Part shown: positions 21,813-32,791 of the stretch, in pieces
How positions within the stretch are numbered: position 1 is the first letter of the stretch
Layout: every line of letters starts with the position of its first letter
Source: Chiloscyllium plagiosum
Lineage: Eukaryota
Assembly (NCBI RefSeq): GCF_004010195.1
Contig: NC_057718.1
Location: 56,707,857 to 56,745,748, forward strand
Length of the DNA: 37,892 bases
Direction of reading: 5' to 3'
The notes under the pieces: model-generated
Told to the model about the DNA's origin: nothing
Databases searched by the model: none
What the model saw: only the letters and a program-made list of their open reading frames with translations
Program-made: the position numbers and the translations under genes

Positions 21813-24020
21813 AAGAATTAACTTTATTGTCATATGTACTCAAAAGAGTAGAGTGAAAAGTGCGCAAGTTGCCGCTTATGGTACCATCATAGGTACAAAG
21901 GTCCCAAGATATAGCTTTTTAGATTACAGTTCTTGGAAAAATAGAGGAGTTAAAAAATGTCCAGCATTGCAGATTTAGGAATAAATTATAACATGGAGAA
22001 AGAAAAATTACAGAGAAACAGTTTTCTGACCCAGTCCATATTGGCACCACGGCCCCAGTCCGCACTGGGCTTTGCTCCAGATCACACCTGGCTTCGCCTC
22101 AGGACTCATGAGACCAGGAGATTGACCTAGTATCAACTTGAAACTGGAATTTCACACTGAGGCCACGCGGGACCGAAGACTGCCACAGACTGTCAAAGGA
22201 ACACCACGCTGGGCTGCTGGAAGGTTGGCACACCAGGCCGGGCTAAGAGATCACCATGCTGGCCGAGAGACCGCCTTGTTGGGTCTGTGCTAAGGCCAGG
22301 AGTTCCAAGGCTGAGAATTCCAAGGCCATGAGGTCAAGGAGTGAGTCATACAGTCATAGCGATATACAGCACGGAAACAGACCCTTCGGTCTAACTCGTC
22401 CATACAACCAGATATCCAAACCCAATCTAGTCTAGGTCTGGACTCCCCCACCCCAGGGGAAAGGCCTTGTCTATTTACTCTATCCATGTCCCTCATGAGT
22501 TTATAAACCTCCAGAAGGTCACCCCTCACCCTCCAATGCTTCAGGGAAAACAGCCCCAGTCTATTCAACCTCTCCCTATAGCTCAAATCCTCCAACCCTG
22601 GCAACATCTTTGTAAATCTTTTCTGGACCCTTTCAGGTTTCACAACATCCTTCCAATAGAAAGGTGACCAAAACTGCATGCAATATTCCAACAGTGGCCT
22701 AACCAATGTCCCATACAACCTCAACATGACCTCACAAATCCTATACTCAATATTCTGACCAATAAAGGAAAGCATACCAATGCCTTCTTCACTTTCCTAT
22801 CTATCTGCGACTGTACTTTCAAGGAGCTACGACCCTGCACCCCGAGGTCTCTTTGTTCAGCACCACTCCCTAGCAACTTAGCAATAAGTGTATAAGTCCT
22901 GCTAAGATTTGCTTTCCTAAAATGCTGCACCTTATATTTATTGAAATTAAATTCCATCTGCCACTCCTCAGCCTACTGGCTCATCTGATCAAGATCCCGT
23001 TGCTATCCGAGGTAACTTTCTTTGCTGTCCACTACATCTCTAATTTGTCATCTGCAAACTTACTAACTATACCTCTTATGCTCACATCCAAATCATTTAT
23101 ATGAAAGATGAAAAGTAGTAGACCCAGCACCAATTCTTGTGGCACTCCACTGGTCGCAGGCCTCCAGTCTGAATAACAACCCTCCACTACCACCCTCTGT
23201 CTTCTACCTTTGAGCCAGTTCTGTATCCAAATGGCTAGTTCTCCCCGTATTCCATGAGCTCTAACCTTGCTAATCAGTGTCCCATGAAGAATCTTGTCGA
23301 ACACCTACTGAAGTCCATATAGATTACGTCTACTGCTCTGCCCTCATCAATCCTCTTTGTTACATCTTCAAAAAACTCAATCAAGTTTGTGAGACATCAT
23401 TTCCCACACATGGCCATGCTGACTATCCCTAATCAGTCCTTGTCTTTCCAAATACATGTACATCCTGTCCCTCAGGATTCCTTCCAACAACTTGCCCACC
23501 ACTGACGTCAGGTTCACTGGTCTATAATACCCTGGCTTGTCCTGACCACCTTTCTTAAATAGTGGCATCACGTTAGCCAACCTCCAGTCTTCTGGCACCT
23601 CACCTGTGATTATCGATGATACAAATATCTGAGCAAGGGGCCCAGCAATCACTTCCCTAGCTTCCCACAGAGTTCTAGGGTACACCTGATCAGGTCCTAG
23701 GGGTATATGGACTTGTATGTGTTTCAAGAAACCCAGCACTTCCTCCTCTGTAATATGGACATTTTTCAAGATGTCACTATCTATTTCACCATATTCTACA
23801 TCTTCCATGTCCTTTTCCACAGTAAATACTGATGCAAATATTGGTTTAGTATCTTCCCTATCTCCTGTGGTTCCACATAAAGGTTGCCTTGCTGATTTTT
23901 GTGGTGTCCTATTCTCTTCCTGGTTAGATAAAAAGACAAAAGAAGAAAAAGAGAACAAAAGAAATAGGAATCGATGGAGCTGATGAGATCTGGCTGAAGT
24001 GTCCTACTCTGCTGTATCTT
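21813..24020 (-). mobile_element. Non-coding retroposon-like element (21813-22342 plus 23918-24020), split by a CR1
   Basis: Minus-strand 5' end aagatacagcagagtaggac resembles an aagatggcggcg start. GC-rich degenerate repeats follow, then a tail cttttcactctact...gacaataaag resembling Rex1/L2-group tails. Confidence 0.45.
22343..23917 (-). mobile_element. CR1/HER1 LINE ORF2 3' half
   Basis: ORFs 23377..23958, 23032..23304, 22721..22957 and 22290..22775 give consecutive frameshifted RT segments (FASVFT, GPDQVYPR, SGVPQ, KFADD, LEYCMQFWSP). Confidence 0.95.
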
Positions 24021-24313
24021 ACTCCTAAGGCACTCTCTTTCCTACTTGCTGTAGCCAGAAGCACTTACAACTTCTGGGATGTACTGACATCCCTGGTGCC
24101 AGGACCATATGTAAAAGTCCACTGTTCCTTGTCCAGTGCTGGCAGTCATGAACTGTGGTTGTAGACATTTGCTGTGGACATAGCAGACAGAGGAAATTGG
24201 TCCCCAATTTTGCTAATAGGGAGCTGGAAGTCTTGGTGGACAGGGTCCAACAGAGCAGACTACGAGCAAAGGAGATTCTGCCAATCTGGTCTGAATTTGC
24301 AATAGGCGAAACT

Positions 24314-25850
24314 CAGGACTGTAGGTGCTGGAGATTCAGATTCAAAAAGTGTGGTGCTGGAAAAGCAAAGCAGGTCAGACAGCGTCCAGGAAGCAGGACA
24401 GTCAATGTTTTGGCTATAAACCCTTCATCAGGAATGTGTGGGGGCGGAAGGGCTGAGACATAAATAGGAGGGTAGGGTAGGGTGGGGATGGGGTGGGGGT
24501 GGGAGTGGGGGTGGGAGCGGGACCTCTGGGAGATGAGTGGAGGGGAGATTTGGAAACTAGTGAAGCCCGATGTTGATGCCATGAGGTTGGAGGGTCCCAA
24601 GGCAGAAGGTGAGACGTTTATCCTCGAGTCATCGGTTGGGTTGAATTGGATTTGGCATTGGAAGAGGCAAGCCCTTGGAAAAATGGGAGAGGAAGTTGGA
24701 TTGATTGGCCACAGGGTGATTTGGTGCGTGTGCCTGAGAGATGTCTTACCGATGTACAGGAGACCACATCAAGAGCAACGGACACAGTAGATGAGGTGGG
24801 TGGATGTGTAGGAAAATCTTTGCTCGATGTGAAAAGATCTTTGGACAGAGGTGAGGGGGGGGGGGAAGGTGTGGGCACAGGTTTTACACCTCTTGTGGCA
24901 GCAAGGGAAGGTGCCGGGTGTGCAGGAAGGTTGGTGGGGGTGCGTGGACCTAACGAGGGAGTCACGGAGGGAATGGTCTTTGTGAAACGCAGATCAGGAT
25001 GGGGATAGAAATATATCTCTGATGGTGGGGTCTGATTTTAGGTAGTGGAAATAGCAGAGGAAAATGTGCTGTTACCGGAGATTAGTGGGATGGAAGGTGA
25101 GGAGTGGGAGGTTCTATCCTTTTGTGACTGGAGGGGTGGGATTCAAGGACAGAGGTGGGCTGGAAGGCAATGTTGATCATGTGGGAGGGGAAATTGTGGT
25201 CCATGAAATAGGAGGCTATCTGGGAGTCCGGGAATGGAACCGCTCCTCCTGGGAGCAGATACGGCAGAGGTGGAGGAATTGGGAGTAGAGGATTGTGTTT
25301 TACAAGGGTATGGGAGTGGGAGGGGCTGTAGTCAAGGTAACTGTGGGAGTCAGTGGGTTCGAAATAGATGTCCGTGTCGAGTCAGTTGCCAGAGATAGAG
25401 ACAGAGAGGTCCAGGAAGGGGGGAGAGCTGTCCAAGATGGTCCAGATGAATTTAAGGTCTGGATGGAAGGTGTTAGTGAAGTTGATGAACTGTTAAATCT
25501 TCTCTTGGGAGTGCAAGGTGGCACTGATACCGTCATCGTGTAGTGGAATAAAAGGTGGAGAATAGTACCAATGTAATTACGGAAGACGGACTGTTCCACG
25601 TAACATATGAAGAGACAGTCATAGCTGGGGCCCATGCGGGCGTCCGTGGCTATCCCTTTGGTCTGAAGCAAGTGGGAGGATTCGAAGGAGAAGTTGTTGA
25701 GGGTGAGGACCAGTTCTGCCAATTGAATGAGTGTGTCGGCGAAGGGGTACTGGCTAGTTCGGTGGGAGAGGAAGAAACAGAGGGCGTGAAGGCCTTCACC
25801 ATGGCAGACAGACTGGATGCCCATGGTGAAGATCAGGTGTTGGGAGCCAG
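24314..25850 (-). mobile_element. Penelope-like element: RT, GIY-YIG and terminal repeat with decayed hammerhead
   Basis: ELVLTLNNFSFESSHLLQTKG...MGPSY, YSQFLHLC, LIYCVRCS.CGLLYIG, and CTGATGAagggtttatagccAAAA at about 24405-24432. Confidence 0.9.
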
Positions 25851-26455
25851 AGAAGGCAAATCACACCATATCTTAAATGGTGAGAGGTTGAAAAGTGTAG
25901 ATATGCAAAAGTGTAGATATGTATATCCTTTAAGTTCTTGGAAGAACATGCTGATGCAGCAAGATACTAGGAAGACTCACGGAATGTTGGCCTTTATCGC
26001 AAGAGGATTTGAGTACAGGAGGAGTGAATCTTGCTTCAATTATATAGGAGTTCAGTTAGACTGCACCTGGAGTACTGTATGCAGTTTTGGTCTCCTTATC
26101 TCAGGAAAGATATTACTGCCATGGAGAAGGCGCAACCAAGGTTCACCTGACTTGGTCTCAGAATTGCTGTTCGAAGAGAGGAAATTTGGCCAACTGGACC
26201 CACATTCTGCAGAGAATCAACGATAAATAGTGATCCTATTCATATTGTAAAATACTGGATGGGATTGAAAGGGTAGACTTTGGTAAGATATGTCTCCTAG
26301 TTGAGACATCTAGAATCAGAGGGCACAAGTTAAAAATAAGGAGTATTCCATTTAGGACTGAGGTGAAGAGATTATTTTTCACTCAGTGTGGCGAATCTTT
26401 GGAATTCTCTATCCAAGAGGCTTGTGGAAGCTCAGACTTTAAATATATTTAAAAT

Positions 26456-27168
26456 AGAGTCATAGAGATGTACAGCATTGAAACAGACCCTTTGGTCCAA
26501 CTTGCCCATGCCAACCAGACATCTTACATTAATCTAGTCCCATTTGCCAGCACTTGGTCCATATCCCTCTAAACCCTTCCTATTCATATACCCATCCAGA
26601 TGCCTTTTAAATGTTGTAATTGTCCCATCTTCCACCACCTCTCTGGCAGCTCATTCCATTTATTAGATTAGATTAGATTAGATTAGATTCTCTACAGTGT
26701 GGAAACAGGCCCTTCGGCCTAACAAATCCACACCAACCCTCCGAAGAGTACCCACCCTCTCCCATTTCAGTCTGACTAATGCACCTAACATTACAGGTAA
26801 TTTTTCATGGCCAATTCACCTGACCTGCACATCTTTGGACTGTAGGAGGAAACCGGAGCACCTGGAGGAAACCCACACAGACACGGGGAAAATGTGCAAA
26901 CTCCACACAGACAGTCACCTGAGGCTGGAATTGAACCTGGGACCTTGGTGCTGTGAGGCAGCAGTGCTAACCACTGAGCCAGAGTGCCGTTATGTACCAC
27001 CTTTTGTGTGAAAAAGGTGCATCTTAGGTTCCTTTGAAATCATTCCCTGCTCTCTTGTTCTAGACTCTTCCATCCCAGGGAAAAGACCTTGCCCTAACCA
27101 TGCCCCTCATGACTTCATAAACCTCTATAAGGTCAGCCCTCAGCCTCCGACACTCCAGGGAAAACAGT
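26456..27168 (-). mobile_element. HER1 3' fragment interrupted by an HE1 SINE
   Basis: agagtcatagag tail, homologous to 2449-2860. Confidence 0.85.
26663..26988 (-). mobile_element. HE1 SINE
   Basis: (TTAGA)n tail, HE1 core, A and B boxes. Confidence 0.92.
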
Positions 27169-27469
27169 CACATGTTGATAAAGTTTTGATTATCAATGGC
27201 TTATGGGAAGGGGTGGATAAGAGGTATTCAAATGTTCAATTAGCTATGATCACGTCTAATGGCAGAACAGACTTGGTTGGCTGGCTGGACTACTCCCGTT
27301 CTGATGAAAGGAGATGATTTCCTGGGAACCAGAGGTGGTTAGGTGAGATTTCCATATAAATAAGTTTTCATTTTGTAAATATAAATTCACTTTCTGCCAT
27401 CAGCCATGTCTGAGAGGCTGTATGGCAGCAACTGCAACAAGCAAGATTCAGAATTCATCCATCATAGAA

Positions 27470-28045
27470 CCACAATGGGCTAAATTGAAAGAGGTACTAG
27501 TTAAATGCTGCTTTACTTCAAAGGTTAGGAGGAAGGAAGTTAATAGACAAACTTTTACACCTTCTGAGGTTGGCTGGGAAAGTACCATGGGAGAGTGAGG
27601 AATTGTTAGGAGTGTGGAAAGAATGCACCAGGGTGAGAGAGGGAATGATGGAATGTTGACAGTGGAGGGGAGAGCAAAATACATTTGGCAGTAGCATTCT
27701 GCTGGATGTGGCAAAAATGGCAAAAGATGATCCTTCCAGGTGTAGTTGCATTTTACCTGTACTTCTTTTAATCTAGTCAACTTTATCCACTTTTCACAAT
27801 GCGGTCTCCTTTACATCGCAAAGACTAATCAGAGACTGGATGACCACGTTGTTGAACATCTGTATTCTGCCCATGGGAATGACTCCAACCTTCTAGCTTT
27901 TGCGATTTTTAATAAACTATCTTACTCCCATGGTAACATTTCTGTCCTTGGTTTTCTACTCAACACAAGGAGGAACAACAATTTATTTACCATATAGCCA
28001 GTTTACACCCTCTAGGACTTGTTTTGAGTACCATAACTTCAGAGT
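27470..28045. mobile_element. Old PLE GIY-YIG fragments in opposite orientations
   Basis: Plus strand HFTCTSFNLV...CGLLYIAKT..RLDDHVVEHL (ORF 27746..27997). Minus strand EVKQHLTSTSFNL (ORF 27448..27780). Confidence 0.7.
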
Positions 28046-28464
28046 TTGACCGTCCATGAAGCATTGCTTCATTGTTGCTGGATGTCCAAAATGGAAGTCT
28101 GGAGGAGCAAGGGGAGAGATACTCTTTCTGACTTTCATGTTGGTAAGTTTTAGTGTCCCATTTTCTATTCGATGGAAGAATGGGAGCCTGAATATTAAAG
28201 GTGAAATTAGGTAAGAATGAAATTGATAACGAGCTGTTAATAGGCCCCTCCACTCATGAGTGAGAATTTTGTCTCAGCATCTGGGCTCTGGTCAAAAACA
28301 TTTGGTCTTGACATTGAGAAAGATATCTCAAGTGATTCTCCCAAACGCCTTGCCATAACCTACAATGTTCAGGTGATGGGATGATGGCACACAAAGTATT
28401 ATTTGCAGTATGGCTGGAGTTGGTACTTTTATTTATCACACAAAGTACTTTTCATTCTACTTAC

Positions 28465-28610
28465 ATATATTGTCTTTGCTCCACGTGGAACAGATCCTTG
28501 CTCTCCATGCTCTGTTCTAACAATGACTTGTTGTGTAGCATTAATGTCTGGATCTGGTCGAGCAAATGTCGATTTTCTTCCTCAAGATTCCCTTTTAATT
28601 GGCTCAGTAG
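28465..28610 (-). CDS. CCDC88A: Girdin/GIV internal coding exon (146 nt, phase 0 to 2), end of coiled coil
   Basis: Acceptor tttcatgcag|CTA and donor TATAT|gtaag. Translates [48 protein letters not shown](I), which I recognise as Girdin. Joins the next exon in frame (AT+T=Ile). Confidence 0.96.
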
Positions 28611-28951
28611 CTGCATGAAACCAAACCATGGTCATGATAAATATTTTTAGACATACTTCTTCAACATATGCAACAGCTATGAGAAAAGACTAAGAGAGAA
28701 AATATCAATTTAAGGTCAATATGACCTTAAAACTCTCCCAGTTGTAAAAGGACAAAAGATCAAAGAACAAATACCATTTAAGTTCTGGTTTGTAGGCGAG
28801 AGCTTAAAATTAGAACTGTTAAAAAAAAGGCTATAATCTTACATTTCCAGTTTATGGCCAACCTTCCACTGAAAATATCAGCTTCATCATTGTATTTTTC
28901 CCCAAATTTAATTTACACATTACACTCATATTTCTACAGACAATCATTCAG

Positions 28952-29440
28952 AGTTAAATACTGCAGATGCTGGAAATCTGAACAGAGAATGCAGCAGAAA
29001 CTCAGCAAGTCTGGCAACATTCGTGGAGTGAGAAACAAAGGTAATATTTTGAGGTCAGTATGACTCTTTCAACTACTTTCAGTTATGAAGAAATTATTTT
29101 TATATACTTGACAGAGATGGTGGAGGGGCAAAAATGGAATAGATGATGTAGAAGTCCAGTGCAAAAGACAAAGGGGGTGAAAGAGAGAAACATGTACAAT
29201 GAGTAAATTAAGAATGCAAAAGGGTGAGTGCTATCTGATTACAGCAGAGTAAACAAGACACAAATAAGAATTTGGGGGAAAGAGTGTGGAGACAGCAAGA
29301 AAAATATGTAAGTAAAATAGATCACAGGCATGATGCAGACAGGGCTGAAATTGAGGAATTCAATATTGAGACTGAAAGATTATAAAGAGTGACTAAACAG
29401 AAAATGAGATGTTGTTCCCTGACTTGCATCCTGATTCATC
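28952..29440 (-). mobile_element. Old PLE 3' end
   Basis: aaatactgcagatgctggaaatctgaa terminus, plus minus-strand EQHLIFCL...LNIEFLNF at about 29345-29420. Confidence 0.7.
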
Positions 29441-29817
29441 AGAAAACTACTTTTGTATCATCAATAAATACAGGTGAGGTGCTGAATGACTGGAGAGTGG
29501 CTAATGTTATGTTTGTTTAAGAAGGGATGTAAGGAAAAACCTGGGAACAATAGACCGGTGTGTCTGACCTCTATGGTGGTATATTGTTGGAAGTGATTCG
29601 GAAAGACAGGATTTATACATATTCAAAGAGGCAAAGAATTTTTTAGGGATAGTCAGCATAGCTTTGTGCGAGGGAAATCGTATCTCACAAACTTGATCAA
29701 GCTTTTTTGCGGAAGTAACAAAGAAGATTGATGAGAGTAAAGCAGTAGGCATTGTTTATTTGGACTTTAGTAAAACTTTGACAAGGTTCTGCATGGCAGA
29801 TTATTTAATAAAGTTAA

Positions 29818-30210
29818 TCACAACACCCTATTTTTGGCCACAAAAACTGGAATTTTCCATAAATCTTGTGTAAAAGTTGACCCTAGATCTTCACAGATAA
29901 TGGATCAATATTTATGAGTCAGTGTGCTGGCTGTCATGCTCCACTCCAGTCTGGCAGTCAACCCACTCTGCTCCGGGTCTTCCAGTCCACCGGCTGTCGT
30001 GCTCTGATCTGGGTTTTCAGAATTACCATAATTCGTTGTTTTTTTCTTTATTTGTTTCGGGATCATTTGTGCTTCTGCTAATGATATGGTATGAATTTTG
30101 ACGGGCATGAATTTTAGCCAGGAAAAAGTAGTATCCAGATAATAATCAAACTCAAACTGAACCTTAAAAAGTAATCAAAAAAATTCAACTATTACTTGAG
30201 TATATGCGAT
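29818..30210. mobile_element. Non-autonomous Tc1/mariner (Tc2/pogo-like) DNA transposon remnant
   Basis: Right end ttcaactattacttgagtatatgcg and internal tgtgtaaaagttgaccc resemble Tc2-type TIR/subterminal repeats. It interrupts the CR1 sequence aaagtta|gatcacatggg. Confidence 0.55.
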
Positions 30211-30372
30211 AGATCACATGGGATTCAGGGTAAGCTTGCCAATGGATGCAAAATCGGCTTAACGACAGGAGAGAGAGAGTGTGATGGTGGAGGGCTGTTT
30301 TGGGACTGAAGGCCTATGACCAGTGGCATTCCACAGGGATTGGTGAGGGTCCACTTTTGTTTGTCATGTATA

Positions 30373-30686
30373 TAGAGTCATAGAGATGTACAGCATGGAA
30401 ACAGACCCTTCAGTCCAAACCATCCATACCGACCAGATATCCCAACCCTATTTAGTCCCTGCCAGCACCCGGCCCATATCCCTCCAAACCCTTCCTATTC
30501 ATATACCCATCCAAATGCCTCTTAAATGTTGCAATTGTACCAGCCTCCACCACATCCTCTGGCAGTCCATTCCATATACGTACCACCCTCTCACTCTAAA
30601 CCTATGCCCTCTCGTTCTGGACTCCCCAACCCCAGGGAAAAGACTTTGTCTATTTATCTTAGCCGTGCCCCTCATAATTTTGTAAA
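30373..30686 (-). mobile_element. Short HER1 3' fragment
   Basis: tagagtcatagag tail, flanked by atata on both sides. Confidence 0.88.
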
Positions 30687-30914
30687 TATAAATGATTTTA
30701 GATGAGAATATAGAAAGCATGGTTAGCCAGTGATATATTTCAGACATGGTTCCAATCTATTGGATATAAAAAAATCCCTTCTGAAAATGATCAGGTGAGT
30801 TCTCATGACCAATACTCATACAACATTGATTACACAATGCATGTAGGACAATATGTAACAGCCCAGATGCCATTAGACCTAATCACGTTAGACCTAATCA
30901 TGTGTGATGAAAGA

Positions 30915-31789
30915 TTAAGGTTCAACAGGTAATATTCAGGACCTAGGGAGAAAATATAAAAAAGTAGCAATTTCTGAATTATCCTCAATACCACCCATTA
31001 ATATATACAGGAGTAGTAGGATAAGTTGGTTTTGTTGAAAGAGTTTTGTTGAAAGAGTAGTGTATAAATTAATTCAGATTCCGAGGGTATTAGAATCAAC
31101 TCCAGTATAAAAAGGGACCTAAATAAAATGGAAGGCTACACCTCAATGGGCCTCGGATCTTTCAGGTCTAGAGCTACAGGGCAGTAGTTGAAAATTATTT
31201 AGCAAGCAAAACAACACAGGAATGAAGTACGAGAGAGGCGATACAAGGTGCAGGTGAGGACCAGAACAGAGAGAGTACTAGAAGAGAGAGTAGGTCAGAA
31301 AAAGGGGGGAAAAAAAAATCTGACATGGGGAACATGAGGGCAAACTAAGCTGGGTTTGGACCTCTTATGCATAAATGCCCAGGTCATGGTAGATAAGACT
31401 GATGATTTACATTCCACAAATAGACACATGGAATTATGATAACATGGCAATGATGGAAACCTTGTTTAAGTCAAGAATGAATGGGCATTGAGAAGCCCTG
31501 TCTACATAGTGTTCTCAAAACATAGGGATGGAAGAAGAGGCATGGGAGTACTGATCAAAGGCACAATCAAAACAAATTATGTAAAAGAGACACAGAGCAG
31601 ATGTTTTCACTTATGAAGGAGTCTGTTATGGAGGAGTCTTGAACAGGGGAAATGGTTACGGAATTATGGAACACTCAGTTAAAACTGAGATGCAAACAAA
31701 TTTCTACCCCAAGAGTTGGAGGACCAAGATCACAGAGTATTTAAAGATGCATTTAGATAGATATCTGAATCACTAAAGAATTGAGGTCT
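30915..31789 (+). mobile_element. Very old CR1 remnants (ORF1 esterase, APE start, 3' end)
   Basis: Degenerate QDLGRK..VAISEL, LHLNG, LCINA, TWNYDNMAMMET and VFKDAFR. Confidence 0.55.
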
Positions 31790-31920
31790 GGAGAGATTCA
31801 AGATGGCAGCAATCTGAGCCTTACTGAGCTCTGCACCCCATCCCAGTGTATAAAGCTTTTGGAAAAAATAATTGTTAAACGGTAATACAACAGTTTAAAT
31901 CCTTTTTCAAGCGTGTGCGA

Positions 31921-32791
31921 ATGACTAAGGGGAAGCAAAAGGCTAAGTCTCAAGACTCAGGACACTTGCCGAAAACATCAGGAGGACCTAAGACTGCAGC
32001 TAGGGAAGCAGCTGCAGCTCCCTCGGCAGCTGTGAAAAGAATACCTGTGCAGCAGAACATTGTGGAGGAACTCAGAGTGATCTGACAGCTGATCCAGGAG
32101 ATGAGGGAAGAGACCCATAATCAACTGGAGCCCATCTCCGCCATGCTGCAAAAGCATGAGGAGGAGTTGGAAGGGCTTGGGAAGCGATTTGAAGAGGTTG
32201 AGCGGTGGACCGCAGTGTCGGAGACAGAGGTTGAGTCCTCGGTGGGACAGTTCCAGGCCCTTGAGAAACAGGGCCCTGACTGAGCAAGTCGATGACTTGA
32301 AAAATAGAGGTAGGAGAAAGAATATCCAAGTTGTTGGTCTGCTGGAGGGAGTAGAAGGTGGGCAGCCAGCAAGTTCGTTTGAAGACTGGCTGCCACAATT
32401 TCTTGGCTGGGATGCAGAGGTGGACCGGGTGAAGGGTGACAGAGCTGACTGGGTTGCAATGCGCAGATCCAGTCAGGGTCAGCACCCACACCGGTTCTGA
32501 TACGATTTCAATGTTACAAGGACAAGCAGAGTCATGGAAACTTCTAGAAGGTGGGGAAGAGATCCGCAGGCCCTGACCTATCAGGGAACTAAGATAATAT
32601 TTTCCAGGACCTTTTTGCAGCAATGATTCACAAAGAGGAAATCGTTTGATGAGGTTAAGAGAAGGTTCAAGGACCTCAGTATTCAATATTCGATGAGATA
32701 CCCAGCGGTGCTTCGTATTACTTACGAGGAGACTGTGCGCTCGTTTCATTCCTTGGAGCAAGCAAAAAACTTCTTGGATATTTTAAAATAA
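31921..32791 (+). pseudogene. L1 ORF1p (coiled coil, RRM, CTD), disrupted
   Basis: MTKGKQK...DDLKNRGRRKNIQVVGLLEGVEG...IFFQDL...YSMRYPAVLRIT...QAKNFL*, with stops and frameshifts. Confidence 0.88.

Larger units (their letters stand above)
21688..24310 (+). mobile_element. Second Harbinger-like remnant (21688-21812 plus 24025-24310), split by later insertions
   Basis: Left end aligns to the 17453 copy. RKLVPNFANRELEVLVDRVQQ...LPIWSEFA in ORF 24155..24463 is Myb/SANT-like. Confidence 0.6.
25850..27303 (+). mobile_element. CR1 3' fragment (25850-26456 plus 27169-27303) hosting nested insertions
   Basis: GMLAFIARGFEYR and LEYCMQFWSP, with tail ggactactcccgttctg at about 27290. Confidence 0.8.
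29450..30735 (+). mobile_element. CR1 RT fragment interrupted twice
   Basis: DWRVANV, FVRGKSYLTNL, SGIPQG and YINDL are split by the 29818-30210 and 30373-30686 insertions. Confidence 0.85.

Noticed and set aside
25555..26226. 223-aa plus-strand ORF
   Set aside because: Chance read-through of antisense PLE RT into a CR1 fragment.
32072..32761. 229-aa minus-strand ORF, the longest in the track
   Set aside because: Antisense shadow of L1 ORF1 with no independent coding signal.
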